Origin: Octopus bimaculoides
Taxonomy: Eukaryota
NCBI RefSeq assembly: GCF_001194135.2
Contig: NC_068988.1
Coordinates: 45,201,612-45,252,693 of the forward strand
DNA length: 51,082 bases
Direction: 5' to 3'
The position numbers were made by a program, and so were the translations under genes. Under the pieces are notes generated by a model. The model saw only the letters and a program-made list of their open reading frames with translations, did not search any database and was not told the DNA's origin. Shown one piece after another: positions 35,776 through 48,844 of the stretch; the first letter of the stretch is position 1, and every line of letters begins with the position of its first letter.

Positions 35776-36867
35776 TGCTAAGAGACATAACTAAATACTT
35801 CAAGGCTTTTTACCCAACGTTCTACATTCCATGTCCTTCCACTGTCCTAAACAATAATAATAATAACAACCACAAAAATAATGTTTTCTTAAAATATAAA
35901 AATATAATAATATGAAGCTAATGAAACCTAAAGATATCTCATAAAGAAAAGTTGGAGGAAAATCAAAAAAAAAAAAAAAGGTGAAAAACAAAATGAAGAT
36001 GAAGGAGGAAGAGAACAGCAACAACAACTACAGTAAATGGAATTATGAAGGTCTGATGGGGAAGAATAGACCCATAGGAACACTGTTAATGAATTTCTAT
36101 TTTGGTTATGAAATAATACATACGTATATACATACATACATACATACATACGTATATACTTACATACGTACATACATACATACATACATATATACATACA
36201 TACATACACATATATATATATATATNNNNNNNNNNNNNNNNNNNNNNNNNNNNNNNNNNNNNNNNNNNNNNNNNNNATATATATGAATATATTTCAAGAG
36301 CGAAAGGGATAGAGAGAGAGTGAGAGAGCAAGGGGATGAGAGAAAGAGAGAAAATATGAATTAATAAAAATACAAAACTGAATACCAACAAAAATCTAAA
36401 TTATACAAATGCAGCTGTAAATGACATCGTAGTAGTAGTAGTAGTAGTAGTAGTTATTGTTGTTGTAGCAGCAGTATTATCTCCAATCCAGACACTCACA
36501 CACACACACACACACTTGCACAGATATATTTACAAATACATCCAAGGTAAAAAAGTCATCCATATGATCCCACAGAAGGTTTCTATATTCTTGCTTAAAA
36601 CATTATATATATCTGATAATAGCCAACCCTTTTGTGACGCTACCATAGTATCCTCACTTAAAAACAAAATGACCTAAAGGCCTCAGTCAAATGACTGACA
36701 CAAATAAAAGAATAGCAGAATTTGAGCTCAGAATGTAAAGACAAACAAAATGAAGCTAAGCATTTTGTCTGGCAAGCTAGTGATTCTGCCAGCTCACTGT
36801 CTTAATTAAAGATATGATAATGACAACATTTACCACAATCATCTTTGCATATCAGCACTCTATGGAC

Positions 36868-37269
36868 CAGTGCTAGATTAACCATCAAGGGAAGGAGAGG
36901 GCACCACAGAAATGGTAAATGGTTTATGGCACAAAAGAAATCACTTTAAACTTGCTAAAATAATATTCGGGATACCTTTATCTCTACTAAGTATAGATGC
37001 AGATATGTTACCTACGATTAATTTTGAGGATCTGCTCAAAGACTTTGCAATTCAAAAAAGTAGTGAGGAAGCATTTCAAATATAAATAAAGTGAAAGTAT
37101 ACAAAAAAAAACAAACATTATTTTCCCTCTTACTGTTTTGTCTTGTTTTGAAAAACAAACATTTATTTTATGGTTTGTTTTTGTTTATATTTTGAATTAC
37201 ATAATCTTTTATGGGGGCACCAAAATCTTTTAAGTGCTTAGGACCTCAATGGGTCTTAATCCGGCCCTA
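36868..37269 (+). mobile_element. Non-autonomous hAT transposon (402 bp) with an 8-bp TSD and a transposase C-terminal remnant
   Basis: TSD ctatggac at 36860-36867 and 37270-37277. TIRs cagtgctagattaa and ttaatccggcccta. Internal LSLLSIDADMLPTINFEDLLKDFAIQKS is the hAT dimerization-domain end. Confidence 0.9.
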
Positions 37270-37824
37270 CTATGGACACTGGCTTTTTTTTTCTTTCTCG
37301 CAAACAACGGAGTTTCTACATGTTCACTCGACCTGGGAGAAGTAGTAGCTAAATTCCTTCTCAAATTACACCTTACTACTTTAATAAAGAATGGATATGA
37401 TGCATAACATAATATTGTCTAAGATGCACTACATCTGGAAAAAAATACCAGTATGGTCACGAATGATGTGACTTTGATCCTGAAAACACAAACAAACACA
37501 CTTTTATATATATATATATCAATATATTTTTCCTTCACACTTGTGCCTACACTCACCTCCTCACATACATGCTTTTTTATCACTCACCTAATAATTACAC
37601 AGATACACACACACCACTTCTTATGCCCAGTTTTAGACCATTAACATTATCCTATACTTACATATACACATGCACTCCTTCTCCCTTGTTAGCCATCTCA
37701 CCCATAGAACAGCATTCTCATCTGGCTTCTAAACCTTTGCCTAGTTTTCTTTCAGTTCTTCCTTCTCTCTTGCTATTTGCCTTTCTCATTTACTTTATGC
37801 TTCTCACTTTCTTAGTGCTTTCTC

Positions 37825-38020
37825 AGCATCGCAAATTACAGCATCAAGTGGGAAGTACTGGAGAGGTGCAATGCTTACTTCAATAGCAGTGGGAGGTACA
37901 GGCTACACTTGGCAGAGAAAGAGAACTATACTAATGAATTCTTTTCATCCAGATACCTGCCTAAACTATATAAGTGACATTTTCTAATCCCACCAACATG
38001 AGAGAAAATATATGCATGGA
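37825..38020 (+). mobile_element. Second PLE remnant: GIY-YIG endonuclease C-terminus of the CxLCxxEK (Neptune/Naiad-like) type
   Basis: NYSIKWEVLERCNAYFNSSGRYRLHLAEK, then a frameshift to TILMN..CLNYISDIF*SHQHERKY. This matches YxIxWxIL..Y....RCxLCLxEK..IL..LNxRxEI..CRH..K. Confidence 0.65.
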
Positions 38021-38862
38021 CACTGATGGACTGCATCATGATTATAAATGTTAGAGCCTTCACCATCAATTCTTCACACCACCACCACCACTGCCATCGC
38101 CACTGCCACTGCTGCCATTACTGCCACTGCCGCCACCACCACCGCCGCCGCCACCACCACACCAACACTGCCACCACCGTGTATATCGTTGGCAATTTTC
38201 TTTCTCCGCCTCCCCTTTGGACTTTTTCTATATTTTTGATGAAGAGCTCTGCTTGAAATGTGAAATCCTCTTTCTTTTCTTTCCTGAGTGTCCAATAACA
38301 TTGTACTTATTCCATGCANNNNNNNNNNNNNNNNNNNNNNNNNNNNNNNNNNNNNNNNNNNNNNNNNNNNNNNNNNNNNNNNNNNNNNNNNNNNNNNNNN
38401 NNNNNNNNNNNNNNNNNNNNNNNNNNNNNNNNNNNNNNNNNNNNNNNNNNNNNNNNNNNNNNNNNNNNNNNNNNNNNNNNNNNNNNNNNNNNNNNNNNNN
38501 NNNNNNNNNNNNNNNNNNNNNNNNNNNNNNNNNNNNNNNNNNNNNNNNNNNNNNNNNNNNNNNNNNNNNNNNNNNNNNNNNNNNNNNNNNNNNNNNNNNN
38601 NNNNNNNTATATATATATATATATATATATAAAAGCATGTGGACTAGAGGTTAAGGTGTTGTGCACATGATCACTAGACCATGGGTTTGACTCTTGGACA
38701 GGATGACATATGTTCTTCAGTAAAACACTTTGCTTCACATTGCTATACAATCATTGTGACACCTGATGTGTGCATCTGTACAGCCCTGATCAAACCATCC
38801 AACCCATGCCAGTATATGGACAATGAACGTCAAATGGTGATGATGATGATATGATGATGATG

Positions 38863-38901
<39 letters not shown>

Positions 38902-39352
38902 GACATAGAAGAACACGTATGAATGTGTGTGTGTGTGTGTTAATATGCAGGCAAAGATACCACACACTTTTGTATATGTATGTACATATAGCATATCAGC
39001 TTTGGAGAAATCTTGAAATTCTTCCTCCTTTTTATATAGAGATAGTCTCAGTTACCATTTATTAATTATGACACAGCCCTTAGAAGCAGAGATAATTTTA
39101 ATAGATCAAGAATTTATGTTTTATGATATTTGACATACCTGTATTCATCAAAACATATATCTGTATACATATAAAATATATATATAAATGTATTTCAGAA
39201 GTTAGACAGAGAAGGGGAAAATAGATGAAAACTGGGCGAAAACATAATGGATGGAAAAGGGAGACGAAAACAAGATACAAGGAACATTCACAGCTGATTT
39301 TCTCATCAGTTTGTTTCCAAGATGTCTTAGTGGATTCATGTTATTTAAAACC

Positions 39353-39394
<42 letters not shown>

Positions 39395-39639
39395 TATGTA
39401 TATAAATATGTGTTCATATGTCTCTATGGGTATGTGTATATGGGAAAAATTGTGTTGACTGTGAAAACAAAAATGTATAACAAATCAAGAAAAGCAACAA
39501 CAACAACAACAGTAGCAGCAGTGACACAGAATGCAGAATACAATAACAACAACAACCACGAAAACAAGCATAAAATTAGTAAATTTAAGAAGGAAAACTA
39601 TTCTGTAAAACAAGACAGTCTTGATAAATGAAAGACTGC

Positions 39640-41520
39640 CTAATGAGAGGAGTAGGGGAAAGTGGAAGGGGAGGAAAGGCAAAGGAGGAGGAAGTGGGGG
39701 ATTTGGTGGTGGTAGTGGTAGAGGTGGTGGTTGTGATGGAGGTAATGGTGGTGTTGGCGACTGACGGTGGAGTTGGTATTGATGATGGTGGTGATGGTGG
39801 TGATGCTGATGGTGGCAGTGGTAGTGTTGGTGGTAGCAATGATTGGTGATGGTAGAGGTTGTCATAGGCATTGAGATGTCAGTGGTGCTATTCGTGATGA
39901 TGGTGGTTGTGGTTGTGGTGGTGGTTCTGGTGGTGATGGTTGTGGTTGTAGTGGTGGTGTTGGTGATGGTGGTGATTGTGGTGATTGTGGTGGTGGTGGT
40001 GGTGGTGGTGGTTGGGAGGGAATCGATAATGGCATGGTTTGTGTTAATTTTGAAGTGTAGTGGCGTATTAATAATGATATGGGAATTGAGTTAATAGTGA
40101 CAAAGATGGTGATGGTGGAGGTGATTGTGATGGCTAAAGTAAAGTTGATGGTGTTAGTGAAAGCATAGTGATGGTATAGCAAGGCTGAAGTGGATGGTCT
40201 GGTAGAGCTGATGCTGATGGTATGATGAAGTTGATAGTGGTGGCACTGTATGGTGGAGGTGATGGTGATGGCAAGGTGGAGTTGATGGTGATGGAGGTAG
40301 CATAGTGGAGGTGTTGGTGCTGATTATGGTGATAGCATGGCAAAGTTGATGGTGATGGTTTGGTAGAGTTGATGATGATGGTATGGTGGAGTTGATAGTG
40401 GTGGTGCTGTACAGTTGATGTGATGGTGATGGTAAGGTGGAGTTGACAGTACTGGTGATAGTATAGTGTAGGTATTGGTGATGTTTATAGCGGTGGTATA
40501 GCAAAGCTAATGGTGATGGTTTAGTATAGTTGACGGTGATGGTGGAGTTGATGGTGATGTACTGTTTGGCTAGGTGATGGTTAGAGTAATGTTAAACGAA
40601 TGGTTGTGTGACAATGATGATGATAAAATGAAAGATTTAATGGTGATGATGATGATGGTGATGGTATGGTTAATTTGGAGGTAATGGTAAGGTAAAAATG
40701 AAGGCGATGGAGATGGAAATGATGTTGCAGAACTTTTCGATGAAAAGCAAAGTCAATCTTGAAGGTATTTGAAATCAGAACACAAAGATGGATGAAATAC
40801 CACTAAGAATTTTTGCCTGGCATCCTAATGATTCTGCGTGCTTGCCTCCTTAAATGGTGGCATTATATCGATAATTGTTGGTTGATCACAGGAGAGATGG
40901 TCGTAGTGGATTGGAGCTGGAGCATGCATGGCAGCAATGGAGACTTTGTTATTCCATACAGGTCGTATTGGTAGTTATTTGTCATATAGTGTTTATGGCA
41001 AAGCAATTGTTTCTTAGAATGGTGCTCTCAGTTATATAGTGTTAATGACAGAACCACAGTTTCTTACAATGATGCTAAGGGTGTTGGTGTTCGTGTTAGT
41101 TCTGGGGGTGTTGGTGGTGTTGGTGATGGCAGTGTTTGTAAGTGTTACTGGTGACACTGAAAGGGATAATGATTATGGTGATGGTGACAAGGATAGTGGC
41201 TATGGCAGTGTTTGGTAGTAGATGTACAGGTGATGGTAGTGATAGAGCTAATTATGGTGATGGTGGTAGTGTTGGTGGTTGTTGTACTGATGATGGGTTC
41301 TGCAGTGGAGTGTTGTTCTTTTGGTATTAGTCTTGTGGTTATTGAGGGAAATGTATGGTGCAGATAGCAGTAATAGTGATTATGCAGTTTGCAGAGGTAG
41401 TTGAGGTGGTGCTGGTGGAGGTGATGATAATGATGTATGGTTATGTGGGTGGTGAAGGTGACGGTGGCTTATGCAGTGTTCGTAATATAGTGGTGCTGTG
41501 GTGGTGGTGGTGTTGGTGGT
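39640..41520. repeat. (GGT/GAT)-rich low-complexity field containing a 161-bp higher-order repeat (about 40025-40505)
   Basis: Homologous minus-strand starts ttgctatacc, ttgccatgct and ttgctatacc at 40504, 40343 and 40182. Confidence 0.75.
40735..40852 (-). mobile_element. SINE family A fragment
   Basis: gatgaaaagcaaagtcaatc..gaaatcagaac..ctaagaattt..gcttgcctcctt. Confidence 0.7.
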
Positions 41521-42119
41521 GGGGGTTGAAGTCGTCGTGATTTAACAAGGGACAAGTGAAAGGATGAGAAAAAGTTAAAAAAAAACAAGTATAAAGAGAG
41601 GAGAGATGGAGATGTGGTTACCTGAAAGGTAGGGAGGAAGAGAAAAGAAAGAATTGAAGAGGGAGGAGGAAGAGGAGGGAAGTGTAGGATAACTACCCAC
41701 TAATTAATGGTGTGTATATTTTCTCATGGTACCACACACACATCCTCATACTTCTGCATTTAGAAAAGAAGAATATAGAAAAACAAGTGAAATAAAATAA
41801 CATGAAAATAAAAATTACAAGCAAAATTGAAAAAAGTTGTGAATTATAAAAAGTGAAAATATAAATTAATAAATTAAAATTTTTTGAAAAAATCTTATGG
41901 AAATGATTTTAAAAATTATAATTCTTTTTTCGTGTGTGTTATTTTTTTAAAAAAATTATGAGGAGATAAGAAACAGTTAACACATTTGACAAAAAAACTG
42001 TTAACGCACATGACATGAATTGTTGTTTTAAAAGGAGGGGGAGACAAGAGAAAAACTGAGAGAATAAATACATTGAAATATCCAGATTGTCACATTGAAT
42101 TGCGAGGAAGAGATGTTGT

Positions 42120-42204
42120 TGCAACATACATACATACATACATACATATGTATGTATACATGTATATGGATGTACATGTATATACATATATGCATATATA
42201 CTTA

Positions 42205-42255
<51 letters not shown>

Positions 42256-42279
42256 TTAACTANNNNNNNNNNNNNNNNN

Positions 42280-42345
<66 letters not shown>

Positions 42346-42438
42346 TGTATAATAAACATTTATATCTGTATATATTTATGTGTATGTATTTGTAAAATAA
42401 TATATTCACATGTATATGTCTGTATGTATGTATGTACG

Positions 42439-42472
<34 letters not shown>

Positions 42473-42863
42473 TGTATTTGTGTGTGTATCTATCTATCTA
42501 TCTATCTGTCTATGTATATATATATATATATATATATACATAACTGTATATAAATATGTGCATATATTACTGTTTGCATAAGTGTGTATCATTATATATG
42601 TGTGTGTGTGTGAGAGAGAGAGAGAGCATGCTTGTGCATATGTGTATGTATTAATACATGTGTATTTATAACTCTATATATGCATATCTATCTATACATC
42701 TAAAATACGTAATTATGTAGTTGTTCACATGCTCACCAGTATGCATACATTCACACACATGCACACACATACTAAGACACATATATAAATTGGTTGAGCA
42801 CTTCTCATTTTTTATGTATCTCACCTGTACATATACTTACATACATATGGATGTATATACATT

Positions 42864-42894
<31 letters not shown>

Positions 42895-43290
42895 ATATAT
42901 ATACATATATATATATACATTTTTATATATATATATACATATATGCATACATGTATATATACATACATACATATATATGTGTGTATGTGTGCATTCACAT
43001 ATGAGTATGTGCATGTGTGTGTGTGTGTTGGTATGTTTGATGTATATATAAGCATATATCAAACTGACACTTTCACATTTTGTTTCCTTTCTCACACTCT
43101 CCTTTGTCATAAATACATACACACACACACATAAGTATATATATATGTGTGTATGTATGTATATATAAATATATATATGAAGCATATAAATATAAGGTGT
43201 ATATATTCATATATGACATATATTTATGCATTTCCATATACATATGTAGATACATACGTACATACATACATACATGTAGACACACAAATA
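42120..43290. repeat. Mixed (TA)n/(TG)n/(TATC)n/(TACA)n microsatellite field
   Basis: Direct read. It is the source of the Y/I/C/V-rich ORFs. Confidence 0.95.
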
Positions 43291-43639
43291 CACAATCACT
43301 TACCCACTCATCCTCATCACCACCACCCACCACTACCACCACAGCCACCACCACCACCACCACCCACAGCCATTATGGAATAAGTTAAACTGAACACAAA
43401 GGAGATCATTAAGCTTTTGTTCATGGAATAATGAAGAGTGAAATAAAGGTCTATAATTATCAGACACACAAAAGAAAAAAACCATAACAACAACAAAAAA
43501 ACAACCCCCACCCTACACTCACTTAAAACAAGCAGCACCACGTAACCAACACCAATACATCCATCACCACCACTACCACTACCATAACAGTATAAACAAT
43601 ATCAATGGAAATCGTACTTCTATCTTCTCTTTGACTGCA

Positions 43640-43873
43640 CCACCTCCACCGGCACCAACTCCACTGGCACCACCACCACCACCACTACCACCACCACCAC
43701 CACTGCTATCTCTGNNNNNNNNNNTCTTTTTTTCTTAAAAATTGCAGGTTGGCTCCTAATTAGTAGCAATAGTAATTGCAATAGCAGGTGTAGTAGCAGC
43801 AGCAGCAGCAGCAGCAGCAGTAGCAGCAGTGGTGGTGATAGTAGTAGTAGTAGTGGTGATGGTGGTGGTGATA

Positions 43874-43934
<61 letters not shown>

Positions 43935-44094
43935 CAGTAGCAGTAGTAGAAGTATTAATATTACTAACAGCAATGGTAGAGGCAGCAGCAACTGTTGTGG
44001 CAGCAGTAGTATTAGTAGTATTAGTATTATTTTAGTTGTACTAGTGGTGATGATAGTACTAGTAGTAGTGGCAGTGATGGTAGTAGTGGTAGTT

Positions 44095-44140
<46 letters not shown>
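43640..44140. repeat. (CAC)n then (TAG/CAG/TGG)n compound microsatellite
   Basis: Direct read of the sequence. Confidence 0.95.
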
Positions 44141-44363
44141 ATTTTACATGACTGTTAATAGTGCTACCTGTTATTTCATTATATCTCTTTACATGAAATA
44201 TTTGAGAAGTAAAAGACATGAGATTTTGAAAGCTTCATACTTTTCCCAAGGAGATTGTTCAAATGTCTTTTGGTTGAACATGTCAACTAGAAAACATTTG
44301 AACTGTGAATCCAAAATGATGCTGCAAATCCAAAATGGGTAATTTTAAACAATTAAAACTTAC

Positions 44364-44451
44364 CGCCTCATTCCATTCTGTTAACACACACTTGGCTCTC
44401 TCTCCTTTCCAAAGAGCCAGCACCTCTGGGTGTTTTCCTCTTGTTAGTCTC
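44364..44451 (-). CDS. Best candidate host-gene exon (88 nt): RLTRGKHPEVLALWKGERAKCVLTEWNEA, product unknown
   Basis: Acceptor gtcatgttattttag, donor GCG|gtaagt, a single open frame, and raised GC in sequence unique within the window. Confidence 0.55.
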
Positions 44452-44489
44452 CTAAAATAACATGACACATAGTATTCATGTATTGGTTC

Positions 44490-44705
44490 CAAATTTTGTC
44501 ACAAGGTCAGCAGGTTTTTTTTTGTTGGGGAGAGGCCAAGTTGACTACGTCAACCTCAGTACTCAATGGATACTTATTTTATCAACCCCAAAAGGATGAA
44601 AGGTAATAGCAATCTTAGAGGAATCTTAACTCAGAACATATAGATTGCCAGAATGCTTCTAAGCATCTTGCCTGCTATCTGAATTATTCAGCCAACTTGC
44701 CATCT
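44490..44705 (-). mobile_element. Degenerate SINE family A
   Basis: cacaaggtcagc..ttttatcaaccccaaaaggatgaaagg..actcagaac..ctaagcat. Confidence 0.7.
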
Positions 44706-44984
44706 TCAGTATTCATCCATTAAAATCTGTAATATATAATGTCCTTGTTGTTATTCTACGATCTGAAAGCAACAGTTAGCTTATACCTTGCAGAGAAAGT
44801 CCGGTAAGACTGAAACATGTCCAGTGATCTTACAATACTGCCAAACATCAATTAACACTACACTGCATTGTATTTCTATTTAGTTGTAATTAATTAATAG
44901 TTTTTGAGTTATATCCCCTGTTTGTTTTGATTAGCATTGACTCTGTATTGTATCGTTACCTATTAAAATGAAATCTGTGGAAGG

Positions 44985-45760
44985 CCTGTCTCTCTAGGTG
45001 CTATTCTGCAAAGCCACTGACTTTCCTTGGTTGTTTTTGCACCTATCACCACTTTGTAATCTCTTTGAGTGGAGCTGATCACCTTGATGTACCTGATGTG
45101 TGACATAATGACAGAGAAGTCATTGCATATACCAACATAGTCCTTCCACATCCTAGTTTCTGCTGGATACCCCTCAACATCTCTTGTTTCCACTGTAGTG
45201 GTTCAAGAGTCAGTATGTAAAGAGATGTGAGGAAATAACCTTGACAGATAAAGTATATCATTCTGAATGGTTACCTTGATCACTGAGTGAATATCTCTGT
45301 ACTCTGTGGCAATCTAACTGTAAAAGACGGGAATGGGGCCAGCCGTCATGGGAACAGATCGTGTTTGATTGGTCTAAATTGTTCAGGGCCCTGCCCGCTC
45401 CACCCTCTCTGTGATGTATCGCATGTGGGAAAAGCATTGTGGAAGATCTGCTTAGGATGTCATTTGATTGCACATCATCAATTAGACCATAGATGATAAG
45501 CATCACAGATGTCAACATCTTAGCTGATATTTTGAAATCTATATTTTAACAAAGTTACAGATGTCAGAATTATCAATGTGAACCCTCTTGTTTTGGTTTA
45601 TTCTTAGCACCTCCATTGTTCTCAACTCACAGAAATATATATTTTCCCATTCTGTTACCAATTGCCATGTATATCTGTCAAGCAGTATCCAAACTAGTTT
45701 GGCATGTGAAAGTAAAACTCATTGGGTAAACCACCCAAACCAGGTAATTTACTCCTCATG
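44985..45760 (-). mobile_element. Decayed Tx1/L1-type LINE reverse transcriptase
   Basis: KLPGLGGLPNEFY..NIDFKISAKML..ALNNLDQS..ICQGYFLTSLYILTLEPL..LRGI..LGCGRTMLVYA(DD)..YKVVIGAK. Homology may extend to about 45960. Confidence 0.8.
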
Positions 45761-46536
45761 CAACTGATTATCATTTATTAGGTTATTTTGTTGGTGGCCC
45801 AGTTTCCAAGGTGACTCAAGCCCACGTCTATTTACACAACCTATAAGACCATGGTTGATTGCAGTAGGAAGGCGAGAAAGATCCACTTACCTTATTTCTT
45901 TGGAAAGACAGGAGTTCCTTCTATCCAGCTAGTGTGGGTGGTTTTATATGAACAATGTAATTTCATATTTATCAGCATATTGGGTAAGAAATTACTTCTG
46001 TGTTGAAAGAATATAACAATATCTTATTAAAAATGTCATTGGAAAATATTCCACATGTGTCTTGAGCATGAAGAACATGTAGTCACGTATAACTTACCAT
46101 ATGGTGTGAGCTGAAAATAATTTACAATCATATGAAAGTGTAACTATAATGACAAGAACATTTGCCAACGTTAAGGAAATATTAATCTCACAAGAGGCAA
46201 GGAGAAGAACGCCACAAATTTCAATTAATCAAAAACGATGTTAAATTAAGCACAGGTAGCAACATCATCTTCTGAAACATAGTTTGTGAATAACTATGAA
46301 TTGATAATTTACTGAAAATAAATGAATATTATTATCATCATAGTATTCTTGAAGACAGTGTATTTGGGTACAGTTTACCATATTCCTGACAATGATGTTT
46401 TCTTTAATTCCCTTATAAAATTATTAAATAATTTTCATCATCCTAGCACTTTTGACGGCTATTTTTTCCGAGCTTCTTAAGATCACTTTTCTGCTCTTCG
46501 CTGATCTTCAGCAGTTTTATGAACATTCTGGCATAC

Positions 46537-46582
46537 CTAGGGAGACTATGGTGGAAAACTAGAACATGTCTATCTCTTGAAG
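46537..46582 (-). CDS. Candidate 46-nt exon (SRDRHVLVFHHSLPR), phase-compatible with 44451
   Basis: Pyrimidine tract plus AAG acceptor, donor AG|gtatgc. Its phase-2 end joins the phase-2 start of 44364-44451. Confidence 0.35.
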
Positions 46583-47509
46583 CTTTCAAATAAGGTGGCA
46601 GAAAGGTTAATATGCAAAGCGAAACATGAATCAATTATAGAAAAAAAAAAAAAAAAATAGATATAAAAATGCAACTTTTTCAGAGAGTATGCAATACTCA
46701 TGTTTATTGAAGTATTTAGCCATAAACACTGCAGCCCCAGTGAGAGGGAGATATATCACGTTTATTACATCCACGTTAAACTCAACTGTAATACATAAAA
46801 ACAACACTATTGAAAATGAAGTAAACTAAACTAAAAATAAAAGAATATCCTAACCACATTTGTAGTCCCCCTTCATTTTCTTTTTATCCTTAACACCATA
46901 ATGTAATTTTTCAGGATCAACATGATCACTGTTGCTCTGAGAATGGTGAATTGACAGAAAATGGTAATACTCTTGAGCAAAGGTTAGCAAGAACCTAATA
47001 AATCATTTTCTATACAATAAGAATATAAATCTGTATGTATAAGAAAATATTGCAATTGTGGTACCTACAAGAAAATTTTCAGAAATTCTGAAAGGATAAA
47101 GAAAAATGTTTTTTTTTTTTTTATCCCCTTCTTTTGACAAGAGACATGTGTCAGTTTTTAATGGCAGGGTGGATAAAGGTAATTGTTTCAACCGCAAAAT
47201 ATCCCTGGTATTGAATTGATTGATTCCTGATGCCATTGAATACACTAATAGCAGACAATAAAATTCACTTTTGAGCAACAACCCTACTCTATCAATAAAA
47301 AAAAAAACCTTGAAAAATGTGAAACAAATCTAATTAAACTAAAAAAATAAGGTATAGATATTATGCCTATGACTCTCAAAATATACTAAATGAACCAGTA
47401 TGGCCCCACATATTGCAAATAATACACCTTTGCAAGTTGAAAAGTTAAAAATTGATATGAACTGCACAGAACCACATACTCCAAATAATTATCAGATAAT
47501 AATGATTTC

Positions 47510-47718
47510 AAATTTTGGCACAAGGCCAGCAATTTCAAGGAAGGGGTTAAGTTGATAACTTCGACTCCAGTTCTCAACTGGTACTTATTTTATCAACCCA
47601 GTAAAGGATGAAATGCAAAGTTGACCCCTGTAGAATTTGAACTCAGAATGTAAAGACAGATGAAACACAGCTGAGCATTTCGCCCAGCATGCTACTAGTT
47701 CTGCCAGTTCACCACCTT
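47510..47718 (-). mobile_element. SINE family A
   Basis: Head, core and tail all present. Confidence 0.85.
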
Positions 47719-48844
47719 CTATTATCAGATAATAATAAAAAACAAATTAAACTTGTAATAATTAAAAAAAAAAAAAGAAACGTTCCTAATGCATTTGATA
47801 TAACAGTGAAAACCTTAGAAACACAAGTAAATACAGAAGACTTAAAACTAAAAAAAATATTGATAGAAAGGTGGATATAAAGATGGTTTCTCGTTTCTGG
47901 AATGGGTTTGGATTCAAAATATGAATGCATAAAATTATATGTTGATTTCCAACTTTGGCCAAAGTCACACAGTTTGGAAGGTGGAAACTGTCAATTATTC
48001 CAACTTGCACCAGTTTGATTGCTACTTATTTTATGGATCCTGAAAGACTGCCTCTTAATTTAAAGGGTTATAACCAAATACTGTGAAGGATTTTATGCAA
48101 TTTGCTATCCATTCCACCACCACCACCACTGACTTTACAATATGAATAGTTTGGATGACTCTCAGTTTCTAACTAACTTGTCATACACATAGAAATAAAG
48201 ACATTGATTTACCATTTCCCTCAGACATTAACAAGGAAGAAAAATTGAATGAAGAATCAGAGTTTGCTCACAATCATCATTGCCGTTGTTGTCATCGCTG
48301 TTGTTGTCATCACTGTTGTCATTGTTGCTGCCGTCGTCGTCGCTGTTGTCATCGTCATTGTCATCATCATCATCACCATTTTAACACATGCTTTTCTGTG
48401 GATTAGACAGAATTCGAAGGGTACATTTTAACAATCAGATGCCCTTCCTGTTGTCGTCCTTCACCTCTTTCCAAGTGGAGAAATGTTTTGAATGGAGATT
48501 GGAAATGAAGGACACCCACTTATAAGAATATGATGCTCATTTACAATTATTGCATAATGTCAAAGCAAGGACACACACACACACACACGCACAATTTTTT
48601 TCAGTTTCAGTCTACTAAATTCACTCACAAGGTTTTGGTTATCTTGAATCCACAAGAGAAAGCTATTTGTTCAAGAAGCAATGCATTGAAGCTGAACCCA
48701 GAACCATGTGGTTGAGAGATGAATTTCTTAACTGCATAACCATGAATGTGTATAGAGTAATTTTCTCTTCTTGTCTGCTACACTTAATCGATCTCCCAGT
48801 TTAACACCATTACTATCTACTCCATTGGAATCTTTTCTTTTCTA

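Noticed and set aside
46915-47177. Plus-strand splice-site pairs (46916 onward, 47141-47177; also 31343-31366)
   Set aside because: The signals are plausible but give no coherent peptide. They show that such pairs arise by chance here, which also limits confidence in the minus-strand model.
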